The notes under the pieces: generated by a model
What the model was told of the DNA's origin: nothing
Database searches by the model: none
The model's input: only the letters and a program-made list of their open reading frames with translations
Assembly (NCBI GenBank): GCA_027624915.1
Contig: JAQBTR010000005.1
Coordinates: 1-48,419 of the forward strand
Length of the DNA stretch: 48,419 bases
Source of the DNA: a bacterium
GTDB taxonomy: Bacteria; Patescibacteriota; Minisyncoccia; Ryanbacterales; GWA2-47-10b
Direction: 5' to 3'
Position numbers and translations under genes: made by a program
Shown: piece after piece, positions 18,375 to 25,923 of the stretch
Layout of the letters: each line of letters starts with the position of its first letter
Position numbering within the stretch: position 1 is the first letter of the stretch

Positions 18375-18504
18375 TGGTAGAGTTAAAAAGATCTCCCAGA
18401 TCTTTTTAATGTCTCCACCGATGAAGTCAGAGGTTCATGAAGTGCTGGGAGCACTTCATGCGGTTTGCACTCGAGTCGATAGACGAGACCTATAGTTGCA
18501 AACC
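18375..18504 (+). pseudogene. Degenerate tRNA-Val-like copy interrupted by two palindromic inserts
   Basis: TGGTAGAG-[TTAAAAAGATCT CCC AGATCTTTTTAA]-TGTCTCCACCGATGAAGTCAGAGGTT-[CATGAAGTGCT GGG AGCACTTCATG]; colinear with the reverse complement of 23641-23705. Confidence 0.7.
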
Positions 18505-18531
18505 TATCCTAAACTTCTAGGGCGCACACAA

Positions 18532-19587
18532 ATGACTACAAAATCAACAACAATTCTTGCGATTGAAACAAGCTGTGACGAGACTTCCGTTGCGGTTATT
18601 GATTGTAGTGGCACAAAATCAAAACCAAAATATAAACTTCGTTCAAATATTGTCTCCTCGCAGGTAAAACTTCACGAGCAATATGGTGGTGTCGTACCAA
18701 ACTTAGCCAAACGTGAGCATATAAAAAATTTACCAATGGTTCTTAAAACTGCCCTTGGGGAAGCGTCCGTGTTGACACCGGAAAATGAAATTGATGTTAT
18801 CGCGGTAACCGTAGGGCCAGGACTTGAGCCAGCACTTTGGACGGGTATTACGTTTGCACAGGATCTCGCGCAAAAATGGAAAAAGCCGGTTGTAGCTGCA
18901 AACCATATGGAAGGACATCTAGTTACTCCCCTCCTATCAAAATCACAAAAGGAATATGAGTTTCCTGCAATTGCATTATTAGTATCTGGGGGTCATACGC
19001 AACTCGCACTTGTAAAAAACTTTGGGGATTACAAAATTATTGGAGATACAGTAGATGACGCCGCTGGTGAAGCATTCGATAAGGTGGCGCGTATGCTTGA
19101 TCTTGGATATCCAGGTGGACCTATGATTTCAAAACTTGGTAAAACCGGTAACCGATACACATACTCATTTCCACGACCAATGATTAACCACAAAAACTAT
19201 AACTTCAGTTTTTCGGGACTCAAGACAGCGGTCTTGTATACGCTCAGAGACCTTAATGAGAAAAAAGAACTGTATAGTAAAAACGATATTGCAGCGTCCT
19301 TTGAGGATGCTGTCGTAGACGTGCTTATATCAAAAACAATTAAGGCAGTCAGAGAATACGGTGCCAAGACATGTATCCTTGGAGGTGGTGTTGCGGCCAA
19401 CGAGCTTTTGAGAAAAAGATTGACAGCGGCAATCAAGGAGGATATTACGACAAAGCTTTTCTTGCCAGAGGCAGAATTAACTGGAGATAATGCGGCCATG
19501 ATAGGTGCATCTGCTTATTTTCATGTACTCGATGATGATTTTACCGACTGGAAGAAACTAGTCGCAAATGCTACACTCAGCTTGTGA
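18532..19587 (+). CDS. tsaD: tRNA N6-adenosine threonylcarbamoyltransferase
   Basis: ILAIETSCDETS, NHMEGH, LLVSGGHT, DDAAGEAFDK, DNAAMIG; start ATG 18532. Confidence 0.96.
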   Translation: MTTKSTTILAIETSCDETSVAVIDCSGTKSKPKYKLRSNIVSSQVKLHEQYGGVVPNLAKREHIKNLPMVLKTALGEASVLTPENEIDVIAVTVGPGLEPALWTGITFAQDLAQKWKKPVVAANHMEGHLVTPLLSKSQKEYEFPAIALLVSGGHTQLALVKNFGDYKIIGDTVDDAAGEAFDKVARMLDLGYPGGPMISKLGKTGNRYTYSFPRPMINHKNYNFSFSGLKTAVLYTLRDLNEKKELYSKNDIAASFEDAVVDVLISKTIKAVREYGAKTCILGGGVAANELLRKRLTAAIKEDITTKLFLPEAELTGDNAAMIGASAYFHVLDDDFTDWKKLVANATLSL

Positions 19588-21740
19588 AGTTCGAAGATTT
19601 ACCGAAGGCTTACGAGCCAAAAGAGCACGAGGAGGAGATCTATCGAATCTGGGAAAACTCAGGTTTTTTTAATCCTGATGCACTTCCAAACTCAGACAAA
19701 AGAAAACCATTTTCACTCATGATGGCGCCGCCAAATGTTACGGGTCATATACACGTTGGGCATGCAATGGAAAACACAATGTCTGATGTTTTGGTTCGCT
19801 TAAAACGAATGCAAGGATTTAAACCTCTATTCCTCCCTGGGAAGGACCATGCCGGAATTGCCGGGCAACATGTTGTTGAAAAAGAATTAAAGAAAGAGGG
19901 AAAGTCTAGAACAGCCATTGGCCGAGAAAAATTTGTAGAACGAGTGTGGGATTGGATGGACCAATACGGTTCTGATATAGATCAAGAACTAAAACGTCTT
20001 GGTCTTTCGGTGGACTGGTCACGAAAGCGATTCACCATGGATGAAGGATACCAAAAGGCTGTTGAAGAAGTTTTTATTCACTATCACAAGAAGGGATACA
20101 TATATCGTGGGAAGCGCGTAGTTAATTGGTGTACGCGTTGTCAGACAACTATTTCTGACCTTGAGGTTGAATACAAAGAAGAAAAAGGTAATTTTTATGA
20201 AATAAAATACGGACCATTAACTATTGGTACCGTACGACCAGAGACAAAACTTGGTGACACGGCACTCGCCGTACACCCGGACGACGAACGATACAAAGAA
20301 TATCACAACAAAGAGATCGAAATTGAATCTGTAGACAACACAATACCACGTAATCAACCGCCCAAAAAAGCAAAAATAAATCTAATTGTTATCCCCGACG
20401 AGGAGGCAGACCCAGGGTTTGGTACTGGAGTAATTAAGGTAACCCCTGCTCACAGCATGGCTGACTTCGAGATCTACGAGAGACATCCTGAGGTTCCTGT
20501 TACTAAAATCATAGACGAGTTTGGAAAGATGAATGAAAATGCTGGGGCCAGATACCAAGGACTAAAAGTAAATGAGGCCCGTGAACAGATAGTTAAGGAC
20601 TTGGACGAGCTAGGACTTTTGATAAAAACAGAAGAGTACGATCACTCTGTATCTCATTGTGAACGATGTGGAGCCATTATTGAGCCGCTACTGTCTAACC
20701 AATGGTATGTATCCATGAAAGAGCTTGCGGGAGCTGCGACAAAAGCAATCAAAAAAGACAAAATAGAATTTATCCCACCTACACGAAAGAAAGTCATGCT
20801 TGATTGGATAGACAATATTCGTGATTGGAATATTTCTCGACAACTTTGGTGGGGACACAGAATCCCGGCTTGGCACTGTGCTTGCACGGAGCCAGAATGG
20901 CACATTAGCCACACAAAACCAGACACGCCATGCAAAAAGTGTAAAAAAACTTGGAAACAGACCGAGGATGTTCTTGATACATGGTTCTCTTCTGGTCTTT
21001 GGACTTTTGTGACGCTTGGATGGCCAGATAAGACAGAAGACCTAGAAACATTTTATCCTACGGCACTCATATCTAGTGCACGTGAGATTTTCTTTCTTTG
21101 GATTTTTCGTATGATTTTTTCTGGTATCGAATTCATGGGAGAACCTCCATTTAAAGTCATATACACTCACCCAACGATTCTTGATAGCCAAGGGAAAAAA
21201 ATGTCTAAATCAAAGGGTAATGTAGTAGACCCAATGAAGTTAATTGATGAGGTTGGAATTGATGCAACCCGATTTGGTCTTGTATGGCAAGTTATGTCGA
21301 CGCAGGACATTCAATGGTCTCTTGGAGGTTTTCGTACTGGCAAAAAGTTTCTCAACAAATTATGGAATTCTTGGAGGTTCATTTATGGACAGCTTGGGGA
21401 TGGAGAATATACCCTCGAACGTCCAAAAGTAACGCTCGACCATACTAAGAAAATCATTGCTGAATATGACGAAACAACGGGGACAGTTAATAATATGTTA
21501 GAAAAATTGGAATTTGGTGCAGCCCTCCATGAACTATATGATTTTTATTGGCACCATTTTTGCGATATATTCTTAGAGGGGGCCAAAAAGGACGATTCAG
21601 ATGAAACAAGACAAACACTCATATATGTATTTGCTGGTTGTCTCAAACAACTTCATCCATTTATTCCTTTTATAACGGAATATATTTGGAGCCTTGTCCC
21701 CCTACAAAAGAAAACACTTCTCATTGTAGAGGAGGTCTAG
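19584..21740 (+). CDS. valS: Valine--tRNA ligase (short form lacking C-terminal coiled coil)
   Basis: PPNVTG-HVGH, DHAGIA, DWNISRQLWWGH, DVLDTWFSS, KMSKS. Confidence 0.96.
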   Translation: MKFEDLPKAYEPKEHEEEIYRIWENSGFFNPDALPNSDKRKPFSLMMAPPNVTGHIHVGHAMENTMSDVLVRLKRMQGFKPLFLPGKDHAGIAGQHVVEKELKKEGKSRTAIGREKFVERVWDWMDQYGSDIDQELKRLGLSVDWSRKRFTMDEGYQKAVEEVFIHYHKKGYIYRGKRVVNWCTRCQTTISDLEVEYKEEKGNFYEIKYGPLTIGTVRPETKLGDTALAVHPDDERYKEYHNKEIEIESVDNTIPRNQPPKKAKINLIVIPDEEADPGFGTGVIKVTPAHSMADFEIYERHPEVPVTKIIDEFGKMNENAGARYQGLKVNEAREQIVKDLDELGLLIKTEEYDHSVSHCERCGAIIEPLLSNQWYVSMKELAGAATKAIKKDKIEFIPPTRKKVMLDWIDNIRDWNISRQLWWGHRIPAWHCACTEPEWHISHTKPDTPCKKCKKTWKQTEDVLDTWFSSGLWTFVTLGWPDKTEDLETFYPTALISSAREIFFLWIFRMIFSGIEFMGEPPFKVIYTHPTILDSQGKKMSKSKGNVVDPMKLIDEVGIDATRFGLVWQVMSTQDIQWSLGGFRTGKKFLNKLWNSWRFIYGQLGDGEYTLERPKVTLDHTKKIIAEYDETTGTVNNMLEKLEFGAALHELYDFYWHHFCDIFLEGAKKDDSDETRQTLIYVFAGCLKQLHPFIPFITEYIWSLVPLQKKTLLIVEEV

Positions 21741-21758
21741 ATTAACTTTTTATATGTA

Positions 21759-22481
21759 ATGGATACGCTCGTACTTACAATAGTAGGAGGATTTGTCCCG
21801 GCTCTTTTGTGGTTGTGGTTTTGGCTCAAAGAAGATGAGCACCCCGAACCTAATAGATTTCTCGCGCTCGCATTCATCGGAGGAATGGCGGCAATCCCAG
21901 CAGCTCTTATTTTAGAGTTCTTCTGGTTAAAAATCGTCGAGCACTTTGCTACGGGAGCTGGTAACGGAGTTTTCTCTAGTACTTCGCTTATACTCATAAC
22001 TGGATTTGCATTCGTAGAGGAATACGTTAAATACTTTTTTGCATATGCGCTTGTCTTTTGGCGGAAAGATTATGATGAACCGGTAGATGCAATGGTCTAT
22101 CTTATTACGACAGCGCTTGGTTTTGCTGCAGTTGAAAATGTCTTTTACCTTTTAAATCCCTTTTCTTCCGCACTTCTGCATGGATTTACGACAACAGGAC
22201 TTCGCTTCTTGGGCCCAACCCTCTTACATGCTCTCGCATCTGGTCTTTTGGGGTATTTCATTGCTGGGTCATATTTTAGGACCCGTTTTCGCCGCGAAAC
22301 AGCCCTTGCTTTCGGTCTCCTGTGGGCAACGGTGTTGCACGCGGGCTTTAACATTTCTATAATACTATCAACGAATGATGCAGGGATAACGCGAATAGAA
22401 CCTGTACTGGTTCTCCTAGGTATCGTCGGAATTATTATTCTCTTCTCATTTGAGAGAGTTAAGCATAAGATAATAAGATAA
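21759..22481 (+). CDS. PrsW-family intramembrane protease
   Basis: EHPEP, FVEEYVK, LGFAAVEN, LHA...LHAGFN. Confidence 0.9.
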   Translation: MDTLVLTIVGGFVPALLWLWFWLKEDEHPEPNRFLALAFIGGMAAIPAALILEFFWLKIVEHFATGAGNGVFSSTSLILITGFAFVEEYVKYFFAYALVFWRKDYDEPVDAMVYLITTALGFAAVENVFYLLNPFSSALLHGFTTTGLRFLGPTLLHALASGLLGYFIAGSYFRTRFRRETALAFGLLWATVLHAGFNISIILSTNDAGITRIEPVLVLLGIVGIIILFSFERVKHKIIR

Positions 22482-22482
22482 C

Positions 22483-23037
22483 ATGCCTAGAGATTCACGA
22501 TCATTTTTTGAGAAATTAACCGGATCCGTTCCGGCTGATGAGTATTACGAAGAAGATACAACGGAGGAGGAGGGGCCGGTTACAAACGAGCCACCTCAAG
22601 CACACCTTGCGATGGCAACCGCAACCAAATCTAAAGTTCGCCAAATACGCAAAGTAACACCAGTAAAACAGGAGGGGCGCGAGGATGAAGCATGGCTAAC
22701 CGAAGAGGAAGGTCAGCTCACGGTAGATGTATTTCAAAAAGAAGGCAATATAATTATTCAATCAACAGTTGCTGGCGTACGACCAGATGATTTGGATGTA
22801 CAAATAACCCGCGACATGGTAACCATTCGTGGAAAACGAGAACAAGCACGAGAAACAAGTGGAGATGACTACTACTATCAAGAACTTTATTGGGGATCAT
22901 TTTCTCGCTCGATACTTCTCCCTCACGAAGTTGATGTAGATGGATCAAATGCAACATTAAAAAATGGACTTTTAACAATTACACTACCTCAACTTGATAA
23001 GAATAGAACGGAAAGACTACGAGTAAAGCACGATTAA
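22483..23037 (+). CDS. Hsp20/alpha-crystallin small heat-shock protein
   Basis: VTIRGKR, ELYWGSFSRSILLP, ATLKNGLLTITLP. Confidence 0.93.
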   Translation: MPRDSRSFFEKLTGSVPADEYYEEDTTEEEGPVTNEPPQAHLAMATATKSKVRQIRKVTPVKQEGREDEAWLTEEEGQLTVDVFQKEGNIIIQSTVAGVRPDDLDVQITRDMVTIRGKREQARETSGDDYYYQELYWGSFSRSILLPHEVDVDGSNATLKNGLLTITLPQLDKNRTERLRVKHD

Positions 23038-23073
23038 TAAAAAATATCCAGCACGTGCTGGATATTTTTTATT
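23036..23073. terminator. Perfect 38-bp palindrome, terminator after hsp20
   Basis: AATAAAAAATATCCAGCAC|GTGCTGGATATTTTTTATT. Confidence 0.8.
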
Positions 23074-23131
23074 TGTTTGTGCACTGCTCACTAAGTTCTG
23101 TGTGCAACAGGACAAATCCCCAGCATTTGCG

Positions 23132-23171
23132 AATCCGCGAATGAAAACTCAACGAGTTTTCAGCGGAATTG
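23132..23171. repeat. 40-bp dispersed palindromic repeat, copy 2
   Basis: AATCCGCGAATGAAAACTCAACGAGTTTTCAGCGGAATTG. Confidence 0.8.
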
Positions 23172-23289
23172 GTATCACTTCTCACTAAACTTGCCTATCG
23201 GCATACAAACGACCTAATTTTTGATGACCGAAGGAAATGTAAAAATGGAAATACTCTTGTGGTGCTCCTAGTATACTTAATTTAGCAAA

Positions 23290-23325
23290 TCAAAAAATCC
23301 TAGGTTTAAACCTAGGATTTTTTGA
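23290..23325 (-). terminator. Perfect 36-bp palindrome, terminator after tRNA-Phe
   Basis: TCAAAAAATCCTAGGTTT|AAACCTAGGATTTTTTGA. Confidence 0.8.
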
Positions 23326-23332
23326 GCTAAAT

Positions 23333-23407
23333 TGGTGCCGCGAGTCAGAATTGAACTGACGACACGACGCTCTTCAGGCGTCTGCTCTACCACTGAGCTA
23401 CCGCGGC
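23333..23407 (-). tRNA. tRNA-Phe(GAA) with CCA
   Basis: GCCGCGGTAGCTCAGTGGTAGAGCAGACGCCT-GAA-GAGCGTCGTGTCGTCAGTTCAATTCTGACTCGCGGCACCA. Confidence 0.95.
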
Positions 23408-23442
23408 ATTTCAATTGTCCCATGAATATAACGCAGGACTCG

Positions 23443-23592
23443 GTCACAAATAATTTTTCTAACGAAAAATTTTCTCAGCCCCGCCTCGCGGTGCTCACCT
23501 TGTTCTCCTTTCGGTCGAACAAACTCGCACAACGCTGCGGCCTTCGAGACCCTCTAATTAAGTAAAGCAGTTTACTTAATTAGAGGGTCTCG
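23443..23592 (-). mobile_element. Putative non-autonomous structured element inserted in the T-loop of a tRNA-Val copy
   Basis: Splits GCAGGACTCG|AACCTGCGACATCTTC with CTCG at both ends; shares GTCACA, CCCCGCCTC, CGGCCTTCRAG and AAAGCAGTTT blocks with 6168-6267. Confidence 0.65.
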
Positions 23593-23736
23593 AACCTGCG
23601 ACATCTTCTTAATCAGTACTTTGTGGGCGATGCAGGACTCGAACCTGCGACATCTTCGGTGTAATCGTTAAAAAGACATAACATGTCTTTTTAACTCCAG
23701 CCAACCCCCCCCACATTCTATTGCTTAAAGTCTTAG

Positions 23737-23810
23737 TGGGCGATGCAGGACTCGAACCTGCGACATCTTCGGTGTAAACGAAGCGCTCTAGCCAACTGAG
23801 CTAATCGCCC
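23737..23810 (-). tRNA. tRNA-Val(TAC), no CCA
   Basis: GGGCGATTAGCTCAGTTGGCTAGAGCGCTTCGTT-TAC-ACCGAAGATGTCGCAGGTTCGAGTCCTGCATCGCCCA. Confidence 0.95.
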
Positions 23811-24034
23811 ACTAAGACTTTAAATCTGTCTGTATGTGGGAGAGCTAATCGCCCACAAAGTACTGATTTTTTGGATGTAATCGTTGAAAAGACATGTTAT
23901 GTCTTTTCAACTCTAGCCAAACAGCTAACCGCCCACGAGACAATCGATAACACATCAAGTTTATATATTGTACATATTTTAGAAGAAAATAAAAGCGCCC
24001 AGTACAAAAACTAGGCGCGAACGAGAAGGGTCAA

Positions 24035-24358
24035 TTAGCGAACTCTCTTATATTGGCGAGGAGGTATTGAATCAGAATAACCAAGCTTTATTGCTAAAAA
24101 TTGAGCACGGGCAAGTTTGGACGTAAAGCGGCGACGTAGGTCTTTGGTGCTACCCAAGCGATCTCTAAAATTACGAAGAACCCCAAGACGCCTGCGAACA
24201 GTATCTTGGTTTGCATCCGTTATTGGAAAGCGAAAAATTGTTTCGAACTCTTTTATTTCGGCGGGTGTGAGCAAGCCTCTCCGAGGCAAAAGGGTTGAAA
24301 CAAGCGTACCTGCACCACTAGAAGTAATGAGGCCAGTAATTCGCTCTGCTATGGTCAT
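24035..24358 (-). CDS. Small highly basic hypothetical protein
   Basis: 107 aa Arg-rich; SD GGAGGTG; own promoter; downstream hairpin about 23991-24018. Confidence 0.7.
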   Translation of the reverse strand: MTIAERITGLITSSGAGTLVSTLLPRRGLLTPAEIKEFETIFRFPITDANQDTVRRRLGVLRNFRDRLGSTKDLRRRFTSKLARAQFLAIKLGYSDSIPPRQYKRVR

Positions 24359-24392
24359 GTGTCACCTCCGTGACTATGTTCTATCTGAAACT

Positions 24393-24420
24393 AGTATAGC
24401 GTAAAATCTTTATATGTCAA
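24393..24420 (-). promoter_or_regulatory. Sigma70 promoter
   Basis: TTGACA-16 nt-TATACT. Confidence 0.65.
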
Positions 24421-24560
24421 TCCCCATACTAATAATTGCATTGTTACACGAAGAAACTAGGGTTATATGAAAACTAACTACGTTTAGTAGAGAAGCCCCC
24501 AACGGTGACAATAGGCACGGCACAACAAAAATTTCTAATGCCATTATTTAGTATGGGGGA
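24421..24560. other. ~140-bp element closed by ~22-bp imperfect inverted repeats (ncRNA or MITE candidate)
   Basis: TCCCCATACTAATAATTGCATT ... AATGCCATTATTTAGTATGGGGGA. Confidence 0.55.
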
Positions 24561-25112
24561 TTAGGTGTGCTTGTCAGCGACAACAAATGCCCCATATGAA
24601 TATGGCTTAATAACGGGAGAAAATCCAAATCCTTTTACCATTCCACAAATTCCATCTAAAAGGGTTTTTGTTTGCCCGCCCTCTCCCACATCAAGATGAA
24701 TACACTTAAATTCTATTTTGTCTCCCCAAAACATTTCTTCCCCAAGTTCGTCCTTAATTAAACTTCGAAACTCTTGTGCTAATGTTACAGACAACATTGC
24801 TTCACGCCAAATACGCTCTTTAAAATTAAACGTTCGCTCACGGTGTTTTGTCCAAAAATGAATACCACCATTCCCTATTCGTCTAACCACAACTGCTGTT
24901 ACAAAATTTGTTGTCCCCTTAAGCACAGCGTGCGAATCACTGCCTATAACCACCTCGTATTTAGCATTTGGATATTTTGCTACATATTTTTTTATCTCTG
25001 AGACAACAGAAAAAAGCGAAAGCTCTGTCCCGGCTTCTGTTCTAAAAATTTTATCATCAGATAAGGCTCTGCTGGACGTCGTTTTGTAGTTGATACGATT
25101 CATCAGTAACAA
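24561..25112 (-). CDS. RNase H-like YkuK (DUF458) family protein
   Basis: VVIGSDSH, FVTAVVVRRIGNGG, IHLDVGEGGQT, IKPYSYGAFVVADKHT; start uncertain. Confidence 0.88.
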   Translation of the reverse strand: MLLMNRINYKTTSSRALSDDKIFRTEAGTELSLFSVVSEIKKYVAKYPNAKYEVVIGSDSHAVLKGTTNFVTAVVVRRIGNGGIHFWTKHRERTFNFKERIWREAMLSVTLAQEFRSLIKDELGEEMFWGDKIEFKCIHLDVGEGGQTKTLLDGICGMVKGFGFSPVIKPYSYGAFVVADKHT

Positions 25113-25845
25113 CTACGTTAGCAACTCTAGCCAACTGAAACAAGGCGTGCTTTTGTCGTCCATGACAGTAGCCCTCAAGCGTATCCCTGTTAAGAGTCTG
25201 TATATCAACTGTCTCTTTTTGTTTTGTTTTATCTTTATCCGTATATTCGAGCTCTACTGCTAAGCGCTTATTAAATGCATCCTCAAGAATTTTCTTTAGA
25301 GATGGTGCCGTAACCTTCCAATTAACCATAACTCGCACGCGCCCCCTATCTCTCGTATCTGCCAATACAAAGCCATTCTTTTTTCCAAACTCATACAAAT
25401 CACGGGTTAGTCTAACATCCTGTATACAGTAGTTCTTAACTTTGTCTTTAAGTCCGCGACGCCACCAATCGATCGCCTCTAGCCCTATTCCACTTTTTTG
25501 TGTCCCAAGAGTTGCTCCACACAAATTGTTAAGAGAGACACGGAACCCAAGAGACTTCTCAACCTCCTCCATGAGGTCTAGGTGTGTGAGAGTATCTAGA
25601 TCCTGCTCAACATGTGGCTGCAGTACCGGAAAATCAAAGTGTTTACTGTTAAAACCAATAGCAAGTTGTGAATTTGTCATCAATTCTTCAAGTTTTGGAA
25701 ATTCTTCTTTTTCATATACATAAAAAGAATCGTCAGCATAATTATATACACCGACGACCGTCACCCCTAACATGTGCATATTTTGTTTTCCTCCAACCTC
25801 TCTGAGTTCTTTTTCTGTCTCTATGTCAATTACGAGTGTATTCAT
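25057..25845 (-). CDS. YprB/RNase_H_2-like DEDD exonuclease fused to a C-terminal WYL-like domain
   Basis: DIET, GFNSKHFD, YCIQDV; C-terminal VELEYTD...LEGYCHGRQ...FQLARV; start ATG 25845. Confidence 0.8.
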   Translation of the reverse strand: MNTLVIDIETEKELREVGGKQNMHMLGVTVVGVYNYADDSFYVYEKEEFPKLEELMTNSQLAIGFNSKHFDFPVLQPHVEQDLDTLTHLDLMEEVEKSLGFRVSLNNLCGATLGTQKSGIGLEAIDWWRRGLKDKVKNYCIQDVRLTRDLYEFGKKNGFVLADTRDRGRVRVMVNWKVTAPSLKKILEDAFNKRLAVELEYTDKDKTKQKETVDIQTLNRDTLEGYCHGRQKHALFQLARVANVVVTDESYQLQNDVQQSLI

Positions 25846-25923
25846 GGATATCTTTTTGTACCATGAAATTAACCGCTGGTACATTAATTTTTCCAACAAT
25901 CAAGATAGTGGTACAGTTGTTAT

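Larger units (their letters stand above)
23433..23936 (-). repeat. Nested degenerate tRNA-Val(TAC) copies surrounding the intact tRNA
   Basis: tRNA fragments at 23433-23442, 23589-23608, 23623-23664, 23696-23705, 23842-23856, 23873-23880 and 23911-23936; 20-bp and 21-bp nested inverted repeats. Confidence 0.9.

Noticed and set aside
23332-23565. 77-aa ORF
   Set aside because: Antisense of tRNA-Phe plus the structured element.
23433-23936. CRISPR array or intron-containing tRNA
   Set aside because: Repeats are tRNA fragments without regular spacers; inserts lack group I/II cores and the outer copies are decayed.
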